Origin: Spirochaetia bacterium
GTDB lineage: Bacteria; Spirochaetota; Spirochaetia; DSM-2461
Assembly (NCBI GenBank): GCA_963668315.1
Contig: OY764216.1
Location: forward strand, 1,408,001 to 1,472,000
Direction: 5' to 3'
DNA: 64,000 nt
The position numbers and the translations under genes are program-made. This document shows, piece by piece, positions 50,082 to 60,546 of the stretch. Numbering within the stretch: position 1 is the stretch's first letter; each line of letters begins with the position of its first letter. The notes under the pieces are model-generated. The model saw nothing but the letters and a program-made list of their open reading frames with translations. It did no database searches and was not told the DNA's origin.

Positions 50082-50366
50082 ATGAAAATAAATGGAATAG
50101 GACCGGTTGATCCGGTAGCCAACTATAACAAAACATCTCGCACCGGTAAAACGGCAGCCAAAAACACATCCGACTCCATCAACGTCTCCGATGAGGCGAT
50201 TAAAACAGCCGATCTCTTTGCCGCCGCAGAGCAGGTAAAATCCGCTCCCGACGTTAGATTGGACAGAATTGCTGAAGTGAAAGCCAAATTGGAAGACCCC
50301 AATTATATTAATGATCGGGTTATCGAATCGGTTGCCGATTCAATTATGGATGTTTTCGGGATCTGA
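50082..50366 (+). CDS. flgM: Anti-sigma28 factor FlgM
   Basis: DSINVS.EA...PDVRLDRIAEVKAKL...Y......VADSI. Start may be GTG at 50076. Confidence 0.88.
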   Translation: MKINGIGPVDPVANYNKTSRTGKTAAKNTSDSINVSDEAIKTADLFAAAEQVKSAPDVRLDRIAEVKAKLEDPNYINDRVIESVADSIMDVFGI

Positions 50367-50390
50367 TATCCCCCTGTATAACGAGCAGAG

Positions 50391-50419
50391 AAGACAGAGG
50401 ATGCCTCTGTCTTTTTTTT
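50391..50419 (+). terminator. flgM terminator
   Basis: AAGACAGAGG-atg-CCTCTGTCTT followed by a T-run. Confidence 0.85.
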
Positions 50420-50439
50420 GCTTTACCGAGGTATGAGCT

Positions 50440-51564
50440 ATGGCTGATTTGAAGATGAATATTCCTCCGGAAGTAATAATCGGTTCGGTTAACCGGCTGG
50501 GGGACGAGGCGGTATTCCTGGGAAACCGCATACTGCTGATTGCCGATTCGGCCCTGGAAGAGGAGATCGGCACGGTTCGGAACATACTGGAGAGCCGGGG
50601 ATTAAGTGTCCTTCTGTTCTCCGATGCCGTTCCCGAAGCGACGACATTTACCCTGGGGGACTCTCTTTCCATGGCAAGGGGCAGCCATGCCAATATCATC
50701 ATAGGTATGGGAGGAGTGAAAACCCTGCAGCTGGCCCGGGCCACGGCTTCTCTGGCGGTGGAAAAGATTTATATCGACGACTATCTGAGGGGAGCCGTAA
50801 GACCGGGCCGGGGACTGCCCTATATCGAAGTTCCCACTTCGGGCAGAAATCCCTATATGTTCCGCTCCGAATGCTTTCTTACCGAAGCTTCGGAAAGATA
50901 TTCCCGCATCTGCCCCATGCCCGAAGAGAGTCTTAAACTAATTTTCATGGATCCCCTTTTTCTTAATTCCTTTTCCGAACGGTATCTCTATATGGCCATG
51001 ATGGATATTATGCTCCACAGCGTGGAAGGCTATCTTTCTCCCAGGGGCTCTTTTTTCTCCAATGTGCAGACCTCCCAGGCCATCTCTCTGGTCTCGTCAC
51101 TGCTGGGGGTCAAGAAGGATGTATCCGGCGGTATTGAACGGTTTTCCACCATATACGAAAGCTCGCTTTTTTCTGCCTACGGCACGGCTCTGAACGGTGT
51201 GGGAGCCGGAACGGTACTCTCCTATGTGCTCAGCGGATACACGGCTAAGCCCAAGGCGGCAATTTCTTCCATATTGCTTCCCCTTATGCTGGAATCCTCC
51301 TTCTATCCCCGGGATGAGAAGAAATCGTCCCTGGCTCAGATCTGTCACCATGATCCTATGCCGGAGGACTTCAAGAAATTAAAGCCGGAAGATGTTATGA
51401 GACGCTTTCAGGGGCTCCACGAACTGCCCTCTGCTTTTTCCGAACTGGGGATAACGCCCCAGCAGTTAAGCGAGGCGGCCTCTCTGACCTATTCGATTCT
51501 GGAAGCCCATATGCCTTCCTTGACTCAGGAAGCCCTTTTTTCTATCCTTCAGGCCGGAATCTGA
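50440..51564 (+). CDS. Iron-containing alcohol dehydrogenase-fold protein, degenerate
   Basis: IIIGMGG, IEVPTS, MDP, DIMLHSVEGY; later His ligands are absent. Confidence 0.75.
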   Translation: MADLKMNIPPEVIIGSVNRLGDEAVFLGNRILLIADSALEEEIGTVRNILESRGLSVLLFSDAVPEATTFTLGDSLSMARGSHANIIIGMGGVKTLQLARATASLAVEKIYIDDYLRGAVRPGRGLPYIEVPTSGRNPYMFRSECFLTEASERYSRICPMPEESLKLIFMDPLFLNSFSERYLYMAMMDIMLHSVEGYLSPRGSFFSNVQTSQAISLVSSLLGVKKDVSGGIERFSTIYESSLFSAYGTALNGVGAGTVLSYVLSGYTAKPKAAISSILLPLMLESSFYPRDEKKSSLAQICHHDPMPEDFKKLKPEDVMRRFQGLHELPSAFSELGITPQQLSEAASLTYSILEAHMPSLTQEALFSILQAGI

Positions 51565-52367
51565 TGATCACCCTGAGGAAACTGGCCTCTCTCAAGGAAG
51601 GAACCCGGCAGAGGAAATATGTCCGTCTCCTCCGGTCCTTTGAGGAGGAGCTGCGTTCACAGGGGGATAAGTTTCTTGACCGGGTCTATCTGAAAGGTCT
51701 TATGCAGCTTATAAGGGAGGATGAATTACTATCGGCGGATATGAGAAACAGAACCGCCCTCTCTATGGAAACTCTGTGGTCAGGAGCAGAACCCGGTGAG
51801 AAAGCCCTTCTGAGGGCCTGCAATAATCTGCGCCACGGTCTGATGGGGGAGCTTCGCATGGAGCCGGGCGACTGGGATCTCATGCCTCCCCATACCGCCT
51901 CTTCGGAGGGTCAGAGACAGTCCCTGCCTGTGTATCTCTATCTGGAGGACATTCGCTCGCCCTTTAATGTGGGAGCTATCTTCCGCACCGCCGAAGCTTT
52001 GGGAGTCCGGGAGATATTTCTCTCTCCCGGTACTGTTTCCCCGTCCCATCCCCGTTCGCTGAGGAGTGCCATGGGAGCTGTCGAGATGATTCCCTGGAAG
52101 CGGCTCTCCCTGGACGAGCTGACAATGCCCTGCTTCGCTCTGGAACTGGGAGGGACCCTGGCTGAAAACTTTGATTTTCCCCGGGACGGAAATCCCTGCT
52201 GCGCCCTGATCGGTTCGGAGGAACTGGGAGTCAGCCCGGAAGGACTTGCACGGGCGGAAGCGTCCCTGGGCCGGGTTTCCCTGGCCATGCGGGGATTCAA
52301 GGGCTCCCTCAATGTTTCGGTGGCCACGGGGATACTCCTTTACCACTGGACCTCCCGAATCCTCTGA
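51564..52367 (+). CDS. TrmH/SpoU family RNA methyltransferase
   Basis: EDIRSPFNVGAIFRTAE, IGSEELGV, GSLNVSVA. Confidence 0.9.
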   Translation: MITLRKLASLKEGTRQRKYVRLLRSFEEELRSQGDKFLDRVYLKGLMQLIREDELLSADMRNRTALSMETLWSGAEPGEKALLRACNNLRHGLMGELRMEPGDWDLMPPHTASSEGQRQSLPVYLYLEDIRSPFNVGAIFRTAEALGVREIFLSPGTVSPSHPRSLRSAMGAVEMIPWKRLSLDELTMPCFALELGGTLAENFDFPRDGNPCCALIGSEELGVSPEGLARAEASLGRVSLAMRGFKGSLNVSVATGILLYHWTSRIL

Positions 52368-52380
52368 AGGGGAACCTGCC

Positions 52381-53157
52381 CTAGAGGCGTGTTCCCATCC
52401 TGTTGCCCGAGGCGTATCTTTTCAGACCTGTACGAAACAGAGTCAGGGAGGAGAGAATAAGAACCCCGTTTCCCGCCATGAGAAAAAAAGCCCTTTTCAG
52501 GGAAAAGTCCATAATCAGCTCCATGGGAATCCAGATAATCAATCCGGCCGGCAGCAGGGTATGCATTATCCAGGTGGAAGTACCCCTGAATATGCTTCCC
52601 GGGTAGGTCCCGAAGGTCAGGATCATGTTGTAGGCCGAAACCGCCAGGCTTTCCCCGTTACCCAGGAAGAAGGTCAGGCTGTGGTAGAAAACATTGGCCG
52701 AGGAGAAGAGTACCGCCGCCAGAAGTGAGAAGAAAAGGAAGAGAACAATGGTTCTGACCGTTAGTTCCTGGGTCAGGAAAAAGAGGATTAACCCGTATGC
52801 CAGATCTCCCCAGCCGGATGTGTTCATGCGGGAACAGAGGATGTTGGGAAGAAGGGGAACAGGCTGAAGAAGATAAACGTCCAGCTCTCCCTGATAGATG
52901 ATCCGGGAGATAAAGCGGCCGTTGCCCATGAATACCTCATTCAGACCGAATCCCGCCGTTGCGAGCGACCAGAGAAGCATGACTTCCCTGAATCCATAGC
53001 CGTTGATGTCACCCACCTTTTCGAACAGAATGAGCCAGAAGAAGATAAAAGCCGTGTTATTAAGGATCATGCCGCCCGCCTGAATGAGGAAGGAGAAGCG
53101 GTATTCCATGGCCGAAGCCAGGTTGAATCTAATGTATTTTCCTATCAGTCTGAACAT
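52381..53157 (-). CDS. ABC-2 family permease (DUF990-type)
   Basis: MEYRFSFL, 'GELDVYLLQP', 'YP..IF', GLKRYASG. Confidence 0.88.
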   Translation of the reverse strand: MFRLIGKYIRFNLASAMEYRFSFLIQAGGMILNNTAFIFFWLILFEKVGDINGYGFREVMLLWSLATAGFGLNEVFMGNGRFISRIIYQGELDVYLLQPVPLLPNILCSRMNTSGWGDLAYGLILFFLTQELTVRTIVLFLFFSLLAAVLFSSANVFYHSLTFFLGNGESLAVSAYNMILTFGTYPGSIFRGTSTWIMHTLLPAGLIIWIPMELIMDFSLKRAFFLMAGNGVLILSSLTLFRTGLKRYASGNRMGTRL

Positions 53158-53158
53158 T

Positions 53159-53950
53159 TCAGCCTCCCTGTACATGAACTTTTCTTACCGCTGAAGCAAA
53201 AAGCAGCCGGGCGGCAAGACTTAACAGAAGGATATATACAATCTGGCCGGCCAGTCCCGTGATGAAGACTTCGGGAGAGAAATCGACCATAGTCAGAGCG
53301 GGCCAGTAGGCGGAGTAGGCGAAGGGAAGCCGTTTGGCCGTGCCCTGGAGCCAGTCGGGGAAGAAATCGATGGGGAAGAACATACCGCCCGCGATGAAGA
53401 TCAGCTTCTGGAAAATCCAGTAGAAAGGGGTCACGTCTTCCGTCCAGAATGCCAGGAGGCCGATGGTGAGCATCCACAGGGTATTGAGAAGCAGTCCGCC
53501 GACAATCAGGATAAGGCCGAAGGGAAGGGCCCGCGTATATCCGGGAAGGGGACCGACGAAAAAAAATGCCGAAATGAAGCCAAGTAAAAGAATGGGGACG
53601 ACTTTCACAAGGCTCTCGCCCATGGCCCGGGCCGTTTTGAACCCGTTGTAGGAGTAGGGCCTGTTGAGAGCATAGGCGATGGAGCCGTCTTTTACTTCCT
53701 CCTGTATGGTCTGATAGATGCGGGATTTGGAGAGTTCCACCGTTTCGGTAAATGTCAGGTACCAGAGGGTCTGGGTTATGGTCAATCCGGCTATGAGCGT
53801 CATATCCCCGTAGATGACCCGCCACAATGAGAAAAAAACGAATATTATAACCAGGAAAAAGATGTTCCCTGTAACAAAAGCGGGGAGGTAGGCCAGTTGA
53901 TCCCGGAGTGTGCACTGGAAGATTTTCAGGTATTTTCTTATGTGCTTCAT
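53159..53950 (-). CDS. ABC-2 family permease (DUF990-type)
   Basis: Starts MKHIRKY (ATGA overlap with the ATPase stop); 'DGSIAYALNRP', 'GG.FFPIDFFP.W', ends VQGG. Confidence 0.88.
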   Translation of the reverse strand: MKHIRKYLKIFQCTLRDQLAYLPAFVTGNIFFLVIIFVFFSLWRVIYGDMTLIAGLTITQTLWYLTFTETVELSKSRIYQTIQEEVKDGSIAYALNRPYSYNGFKTARAMGESLVKVVPILLLGFISAFFFVGPLPGYTRALPFGLILIVGGLLLNTLWMLTIGLLAFWTEDVTPFYWIFQKLIFIAGGMFFPIDFFPDWLQGTAKRLPFAYSAYWPALTMVDFSPEVFITGLAGQIVYILLLSLAARLLFASAVRKVHVQGG

Positions 53951-54939
53951 GCCAGTTCCCCCTGGTAAATCAATGAAATCACCTCCTCCATGGGAATGGG
54001 GGAGATATTGATGTCCTGGACGGAGTTTTCCCTTATGAGCGCCTCCAGTACATCCTTCATATCTATCTGTGTCAGATCCACTTCCAGCTTTGCCGAATAG
54101 GGGCGGCTCTTCAGAAGGGATACCCCCTCCATGGAGAGTCTCAGCTCCTCTTCCAGCTTCACATCGACGATTCGCCTGTTCAGAAGAGTATACTTCATAT
54201 CTTTGACCGTTCCGTCCCACACGGCGGTGCCCTCATTGATGACGATAACCCGGCGGCAGAGTTTTTCTATATCCCCCGCATCGTGGGAAGTGAGAAAGAC
54301 TGTTATTCCGCTCTCCTCATTCATTCTTTTGATAAGATCGCGAATGCGGGCCTTTACTACCACGTCCAGTCCGATGCTCGGCTCGTCCAGAAAGAGAATC
54401 TCCGGGCTGTGGATGAGGGAGGCGGCGATCTCGCAGCGTATTCTCTGCCCCAGTGAGAGCTTTCTTACGGGCCGGTCGATAAAGTCGCCGATTTCGAATA
54501 TCTCCCTCAGATAGTCCACCCGGCGGGCTGTCTCCCGGCTCGTCATATTGTAGATACTGCCCAGGAGGTTAAAGGAATCCGAAGCGGGTAGGTGGTACCA
54601 GAGCTGGCTTTTCTGGCCAAAGACGGTTCCGATTTTCAAAGACAGGGCTTTCCTTTGCTTATGAGGATTCATCCCCAGGACAGAAATCGATCCTGAATCG
54701 GGATAGAGGATTCCGGTAATCAGCTTGATCGTGGTGGATTTTCCCGCGCCGTTGGGACCGATGAAAGCCAGCATTTCGCCCCGGGAAACGGAAAAGCTGA
54801 TATCCTTGACCGCTTCGACCCTTCCATACTGCGGTTTGAACAGTCTGCCCAACCGTTGAACCGGACCGTTTTTGTCTGCCCGATTTCCCGCGAGAACCGT
54901 TTTGAATCCTTTGTTCAAATTTTCAATTTCCAATACCAT
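53947..54939 (-). CDS. ABC exporter ATP-binding subunit
   Basis: GPNGAGKST, VFGQKSQLW, LSLGQR, FLDEP, TSHD. Confidence 0.95.
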   Translation of the reverse strand: MVLEIENLNKGFKTVLAGNRADKNGPVQRLGRLFKPQYGRVEAVKDISFSVSRGEMLAFIGPNGAGKSTTIKLITGILYPDSGSISVLGMNPHKQRKALSLKIGTVFGQKSQLWYHLPASDSFNLLGSIYNMTSRETARRVDYLREIFEIGDFIDRPVRKLSLGQRIRCEIAASLIHSPEILFLDEPSIGLDVVVKARIRDLIKRMNEESGITVFLTSHDAGDIEKLCRRVIVINEGTAVWDGTVKDMKYTLLNRRIVDVKLEEELRLSMEGVSLLKSRPYSAKLEVDLTQIDMKDVLEALIRENSVQDINISPIPMEEVISLIYQGELA

Positions 54940-54956
54940 AGTCAACCTCCCCGAAT

Positions 54957-55111
54957 AAAAAAAAGGCCCTCCGGAAAATCGTTCCGAAGGGCCTTGTCTC
55001 AGCGTAACTTATATACTACGGCTTAAGCAGGACCTCCCCCCGGAAATAACCTTTATAAAGGACTACGGGTGAGACGTGCATAATATAAGTCATAGGATAA
55101 TTTTTATTCAT
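54957..55111 (-). promoter_or_regulatory. Leader with a 31-codon uORF, antiterminator and intrinsic terminator (attenuator)
   Basis: uORF 55111-55016; terminator AAGGCCCTTCGGAA/TTCCGGAGGGCCTT plus U8 immediately before the GGAGG RBS. Confidence 0.75.
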
Positions 55112-55151
55112 TTGTTTACTATTACACCGGAATCCAAGTTTTAGTCAAGGG

Positions 55152-55706
55152 TTATTCCGGGATGTCCCAGGTGGCGAACTGGCTGGGATATTTAGCTTCC
55201 AGGAGTCTCAGCAGTTCCTCTCCTCTCTTTGATCCCTTGTCTTTATAGGAGGTTAAGTCCATTTTCACGGGCAGCTTTAACCCGCCTCCCTTGGAGGTGG
55301 TCGTGGAGAAAACAACAGGGCAGAGGGTTAATGCTCCCTCCTCCAGCGAAAAGGAGGCAAAATCATCATCGTAGAATTTACGTTCGCTGTCGGGTATATC
55401 CCCGGAGCCGTTGTACTGGAAATAGGTCTGGGAGATATAATAGTCCCCCGGGGGGAGCCTTTTTTCCAGATTATATTCATCGGAAGGATTAAGGCGGACA
55501 TCTTCTACCGACTCTGTCGAATCGATAGGGGATATGACGGCATAGTAACTGCCGAAAGGGGTGGCCCCCTCATCTTTCTCATTTGCCAGGGGAATAAGCA
55601 GAAGGGTGGATTCCGGCTTCATGGCAGACAGGGTGGTCGTCCGGCATCCGGACAGAATAACGAGGGCGGCAAATATTCCCAGAATAGCTGTTTTCTTCAT
55701 AGGCAT
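55152..55706 (-). CDS. Hypothetical lipoprotein
   Basis: AAGGAG RBS; lipobox LSGC. Confidence 0.7.
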   Translation of the reverse strand: MPMKKTAILGIFAALVILSGCRTTTLSAMKPESTLLLIPLANEKDEGATPFGSYYAVISPIDSTESVEDVRLNPSDEYNLEKRLPPGDYYISQTYFQYNGSGDIPDSERKFYDDDFASFSLEEGALTLCPVVFSTTTSKGGGLKLPVKMDLTSYKDKGSKRGEELLRLLEAKYPSQFATWDIPE

Positions 55707-55863
55707 GACTCCTTACGCCGTATTATAGGGCAGTTTCGAATAAAAATCCATGCGGGTTTTTTCAGGAAAACCAAGTCCTTCCCACTGGCGCGATACGGGA
55801 TTTATGTAAATAAATACAAGAAGAATCATTGATTCTCCTTTTCATCAGGCTTATAGTTGTTTT

Positions 55864-56427
55864 ATGGATAAAATTTGCGTTTTCTGCGGTTCCAGTTCAG
55901 GTAAGGATCCTCTGTACGGGAAAGCCGCCGGGCAGCTGGGACGCTTTCTCTCGGAGAAGCATATAGCTCTTATTTACGGAGGCGGGGATTCGGGGCTCAT
56001 GGGAGCCGTTTCCCGTGCCCATTTTGAATCGGGGGGAAAAACGGTGGGTATCATTCCCAAAGCCCTTAAAGAGATGGTTCCCCACAGGGATAAGGTGGAG
56101 CTCCATGTGGTGGAGGATATGCACCAGAGAAAGGCTATGATGTATGATATGAGCGACGGTTTCATCGCCCTTCCCGGCGGGATCGGTACGCTGGAGGAGC
56201 TGTTCGAGGCGTTCACCTGGAATCAGCTCGGATATATGGATAAGCCTCTGGGACTCCTGAACGCCGGCGGTTATTATGACGGCCTTATTGATTTTATCGA
56301 TAGTATGACGGAGCGGGGTTTTTTAAAACCGGTTCACCGGCAGAGGCTTGTTCTCTCGGACGATCCGGAGGAACTGCTGAGTCTCATGGAAACGGCTCCC
56401 GGCGGTTTTGTCGGGAAATGGGGGTAG
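55864..56427 (+). CDS. LOG family protein (TIGR00730)
   Basis: ICVFCGS, YGGG..GLMG, MHQRK, PGGIGTLEE. Confidence 0.93.
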   Translation: MDKICVFCGSSSGKDPLYGKAAGQLGRFLSEKHIALIYGGGDSGLMGAVSRAHFESGGKTVGIIPKALKEMVPHRDKVELHVVEDMHQRKAMMYDMSDGFIALPGGIGTLEELFEAFTWNQLGYMDKPLGLLNAGGYYDGLIDFIDSMTERGFLKPVHRQRLVLSDDPEELLSLMETAPGGFVGKWG

Positions 56428-56429
56428 AC

Positions 56430-56969
56430 ATGTTCAAGGGAATTATTAAACTGGTTTTAATCCTTAACTCTAACCAGAAACCCTGGCAGATCGCCGGTGC
56501 GGCGGCGATGGGCCTTTTAATGGCCCTTGTTCCGGCGGGGAATCTCCTGTGGATTTTTCTGCTTCTTCTCCTTTTCCTGTTAAGGATCAATCGTGCCATA
56601 GGTCTCTTGTTTCTTCTCATTTTCAGGTTATTTGCCCCCCTGTATGATCCTCTTCTGGATAATCTGGGGTATAGTCTGCTGACAATGGCTTCTTTGAAAA
56701 CCTTCTGGGAATCCTTGTATAATCTTCCTGTCGTACCCTTTACCATGTTTAATGACAGCCTTGTCATGGGGGGGCTTGCGGCCGGGCTGGTCCTGTTTGT
56801 TCCGGTTACTCTGCTGTTCCGCCTGCTGGTGACCCTTTATCGGAACAAAATCGTCCCCCTGTGGTGTCATAGTAAAATCTATAATAAGCTTAAGAACATA
56901 CCCTGGATCAAAAAGCTGGCCGGAGCTTTTTCTGCCGGTGCCAGAGCTGTAAAAGTGGGGAGGAGCTGA
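56430..56969 (+). CDS. TIGR03546-like membrane protein
   Basis: LNSNQKPWQIA...DPLLDNLG..LL...LYNLP.VPFT.FNDSLVMG. Confidence 0.8.
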   Translation: MFKGIIKLVLILNSNQKPWQIAGAAAMGLLMALVPAGNLLWIFLLLLLFLLRINRAIGLLFLLIFRLFAPLYDPLLDNLGYSLLTMASLKTFWESLYNLPVVPFTMFNDSLVMGGLAAGLVLFVPVTLLFRLLVTLYRNKIVPLWCHSKIYNKLKNIPWIKKLAGAFSAGARAVKVGRS

Positions 56970-56971
56970 TC

Positions 56972-59077
56972 ATGGGATGGCCGAAATATCTAAGGAAAAC
57001 CTATACGAAGGAAGAGCTGGAGAAAAAAGTTCTTAAGAAGCTGCAGATGCCCCATGACCGGGAATTCCTGAAAGCCCTTTTCATCTCGGAAAAACGGGGT
57101 GAATGGCATCTGAAAGCACAGCTGGACAAGGAAGAGAAAAAGCGTCTGAAAAAAATCGTCAAGGAGATTAAAAAAGGACGGGGCGGTGTGAAGGTTCTAC
57201 CCCTGGTCATTTTGCTGATTCTCATTGCCGGAGCCGTCGTTTTTTCCCTTTTCTTTAAAAATCCCCTGGCAGAACGGCTTCTCGTCTCCTCGCTGGAGTC
57301 TCTCTTCGGCGCGACCGTCGATGTGGAAGGCGTGTCCCTTACCTTAGTCCCGCCGGAATTCCGCTGGGACAGGATTGCCGTTACCGATGCCGATGACCTG
57401 GATACGAATCTGTTTGAAGTGGGGGAGACAATTATCGGATTGAACGGACGGGCTCTTCTGGAAAGAAAAGTCGTGATAGACAACCTGGTCAGCCTTGACG
57501 CCCGATGGGGGACTCCCCGGGAAAGGGCGGGTAAACTGGTCGTTTCCGAGCCCCGGGAAGGGGGGGACGGGAATAACGCTTCCGGTACAGCAGGAGAAGA
57601 GGAAGAGAGAAGCAGCTTGTTTTCCCCTGAGAATTTCGAGACGGAACAGACGGATCTGATTGTCCAGGCCGCCTCCGATCCCCGGGCGTTCGTCGACGAG
57701 CAGTGGGATTCCCTGAAAACGCCCGCCCTGGCGGAAGAACTCTCCGATAAGTATAAATCAGAGCTGGATACGAGGAAAACATCGCAGAACACTCTGCGGG
57801 GCGAATCCAAAACGGTCGTTTCGGGCGGGCAGGACTTCCTGGCCAGGGATTTTTCCCGGTATAAAAGTCATCCCGACGAGATACCCGCTCTGGTGAACGA
57901 GGCGAATGATTATTACGGGGAAGTGAATGATCTCAAGGATGATCTGGATAATGAACTGAAAGCCATAAACCGTCTGCGCCGGTCCATTCTGGAGGATAAG
58001 GATGCCTTGAATGCGGCCAGAAAAGAGGATATGGATCGGGTTAAGTCTTTGATTGTCATGCCCGAAGGTGGTATCCGGGGAATGGTGGACGGTATGGTTC
58101 GTTCCTACCTCTACTCTCTTCTGGGGGATAAATTCCTCAAGGCCGAGAAGATAGCCCGCTTCATCAAGCGTTACAGAGAGGAAGGGGAAGATAAGAATGG
58201 TGAAGGGAACAGACCGGGGCGGCATGGCCGCGTTGTCTCCTTTGCCGCGGTCAGCTGGCCTGATTTCCTTCTACGCAACGCCGCCGTTTCTGCATCGGGA
58301 GGGGGGTTAACCTGGGACGCCTCCCTGAATGACCTGGCCGGAGATCCCGAGCAGTGGGATGAACCGGTGGCGACCCATCTGATTATAGACAGGGGCGACG
58401 GCTCCCTGGAGGGGGACGGTACCTGGGAAAGAAGAGAGAATGTCGAAAATCCGAGTCAGGGCGATTTCGTCTTTACCGGGCTGCCTATGGAAACGGAGGC
58501 TTTGGGAAGACTGGGTATTTGCCATGCGGAAGGGCAGACCGACGGAACGGCTGAACTGACCGTGATACGGGACGGCTCCTGGGAATTCGCCGCGGACGTG
58601 ACGGTAAAGGAGCCCGCTCTGGAGAAAAGCGGAGACGATATGGTAGCCAATGTGGTCTACCGGGTTTTGGCCGGGGAGGATTGGGATATAAGCCTGACCG
58701 CTTCAGGAGAGGGAAGCGATATGGATATGAAACTGGACTGGCCTCTGCTTGACCGGGTGGATGATGAGATCGGGGCCCAGCTTAAGGAACAGGCCGATGC
58801 TTACCTGGCGGATGTACAGGAAGAACTTCTGGGCCGTTATGGTGAGGAAGCGGCCTTTCTTGATGATTACCTGGGCGATCTGGATGACTGGGAGTCTCTC
58901 CTTAAGGGGGATTTATCATCCCTTGATAAGACCAAGAACGATATGGATGCAAAAGTGGAAGAAACAAAGAAAGAGGTCGCCGATCAAGCTCAGGAAGAGG
59001 TTGGTAAAGTACTGGAAGAGACAGGGCTGGGAGACAAGCTCGATGATGTGCAGAACTCCCTGCCCTTTAAATTTTAA
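56972..59077 (+). CDS. TIGR03545-like membrane-anchored protein
   Basis: One TM helix, 'GATVDV...NLFE...LL..KVVID', long coiled coil, 'GRVV.F....PDFLLR', C-terminal helical tail; paired with the TIGR03546-like gene. Confidence 0.75.
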   Translation: MGWPKYLRKTYTKEELEKKVLKKLQMPHDREFLKALFISEKRGEWHLKAQLDKEEKKRLKKIVKEIKKGRGGVKVLPLVILLILIAGAVVFSLFFKNPLAERLLVSSLESLFGATVDVEGVSLTLVPPEFRWDRIAVTDADDLDTNLFEVGETIIGLNGRALLERKVVIDNLVSLDARWGTPRERAGKLVVSEPREGGDGNNASGTAGEEEERSSLFSPENFETEQTDLIVQAASDPRAFVDEQWDSLKTPALAEELSDKYKSELDTRKTSQNTLRGESKTVVSGGQDFLARDFSRYKSHPDEIPALVNEANDYYGEVNDLKDDLDNELKAINRLRRSILEDKDALNAARKEDMDRVKSLIVMPEGGIRGMVDGMVRSYLYSLLGDKFLKAEKIARFIKRYREEGEDKNGEGNRPGRHGRVVSFAAVSWPDFLLRNAAVSASGGGLTWDASLNDLAGDPEQWDEPVATHLIIDRGDGSLEGDGTWERRENVENPSQGDFVFTGLPMETEALGRLGICHAEGQTDGTAELTVIRDGSWEFAADVTVKEPALEKSGDDMVANVVYRVLAGEDWDISLTASGEGSDMDMKLDWPLLDRVDDEIGAQLKEQADAYLADVQEELLGRYGEEAAFLDDYLGDLDDWESLLKGDLSSLDKTKNDMDAKVEETKKEVADQAQEEVGKVLEETGLGDKLDDVQNSLPFKF

Positions 59078-59106
59078 CGATTCCGGCTTAATCGCCGGAG
59101 CCGGTT

Positions 59107-60435
59107 TTATTTGAATGTTTTGAACTGGGGCAGGTAATTCCTGTTCTGTTCAAACATCCGGTCGGTCATGTCTTTGATTTCCTGCATACTCAGCACGGCG
59201 GAGGTCAGGGGATCCATGAGAATGGCATGAAATACTTTTCGGGGATCCCCTTCAATGGCCCCCTGTACGGCCAGTTCCTCGCAGCGGGCCGAAGTATTGT
59301 TGATGATGGCGAGATGATCGGGCAGGGCTCCCACATGGATGGGGCTCAGACCGCTTTTCTCCGCCAGCACGGGAACTTCCACGCAGCATCCCTCTGGGAG
59401 ATTATCAATTAAGCCGAAGTTGCGCACATTGCCGTTGAAGCGGTAAAGGGTGTTGTCGCCGAACACGGCGTTGAATATATAGGCGGCATATTCCAGTCCT
59501 CTTTTCAGTTCGATCTCGCTGTCGTCCTGGGCCAGCCATTCGTCGATCTCCTTTTTCCAGGAAGTCGCTTTTTCTGTATACTCATTAAGAATATAAGCAT
59601 ACTCTCCGGGATTCCAGCCTGTTCCGTGGAGACAGTATTTTTCAATGAGATCGGGTCTCTTGCGGAACCAGGCGTTATACTCCGAGTTATGGCCGCTCGA
59701 TTCGGTTACGTAGTAATCCAGATGGAGGTACATCTCGTTACGAACCTGTTCCTCGTTGTAGATTTCCGGTTTGTTCATCGCTTCCCGTATCAGGGGATAG
59801 GCGTCTTTGCCGTTCCAGCGGTAATCCAGATACCAGGCTTGGTGGTTGATGCCCGCGCAGAGATAGGTGATCTCGTCATCGGGGGCTCCGATCCATTTTG
59901 CCAGCATTTCCGAAGTTCCCTGTACGGAGTGGCAGAGACCGGTAAAATTCAAATCCGTTTCTCCCTGAACGCCCCGGCACAGCATGGCCATGGGATTGGT
60001 GTAGTTCAGAACGACCGCCTGGGGACAGATCGCCTTGATATCCCGGGCGATGTCCAGCATGACCGGCATGGTCCTGAGGGCCCGGAAAATACCGGCAGGT
60101 CCCCGGGTATCGCCTACATTAATATCCACGCCGAACTCCTTGGGAATCTCCACATCGTAGCGCCAGACATCCACCCCGCCGGCCAGAATGGTGATAACGA
60201 CGCCGTCCGCGTTTTCCAGGGCTTTTTTCCTGTCCATGGTCGTTGTCACCTTGGCGGCGTAGTTACCGGCCCGGACGATTTTCCGGCAGGCCGATTCGAT
60301 GGCGTCCAGTCTGTCCTTATTAATATCCATGAGGGCAATTTCCACATCCGCAAAGGCGGGAAATGTCAGAATATCCTTTACCAGGTTTCTTGTAAAAACA
60401 AAACTTCCCGCTCCTATGAACGCGATTTTTTTCAT
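59107..60435 (-). CDS. melA: NAD-dependent alpha-galactosidase (GH4)
   Basis: [47 protein letters not shown]. Confidence 0.9.
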   Translation of the reverse strand: MKKIAFIGAGSFVFTRNLVKDILTFPAFADVEIALMDINKDRLDAIESACRKIVRAGNYAAKVTTTMDRKKALENADGVVITILAGGVDVWRYDVEIPKEFGVDINVGDTRGPAGIFRALRTMPVMLDIARDIKAICPQAVVLNYTNPMAMLCRGVQGETDLNFTGLCHSVQGTSEMLAKWIGAPDDEITYLCAGINHQAWYLDYRWNGKDAYPLIREAMNKPEIYNEEQVRNEMYLHLDYYVTESSGHNSEYNAWFRKRPDLIEKYCLHGTGWNPGEYAYILNEYTEKATSWKKEIDEWLAQDDSEIELKRGLEYAAYIFNAVFGDNTLYRFNGNVRNFGLIDNLPEGCCVEVPVLAEKSGLSPIHVGALPDHLAIINNTSARCEELAVQGAIEGDPRKVFHAILMDPLTSAVLSMQEIKDMTDRMFEQNRNYLPQFKTFK

Positions 60436-60546
60436 GATTTACTCCTTATCCTATTATTATTATATCCCACTGGGTGATTCCTATTATTCCATGGCTTTTT
60501 GCATGTCGCTATGGTAGAATGTTGGAAGAGTATGGAGAAATGTTGA

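Noticed and set aside
53951..54220. N-terminal extension of the permease ORF in the track
   Set aside because: Overlaps the ATPase gene; the true start is ATG 53950.
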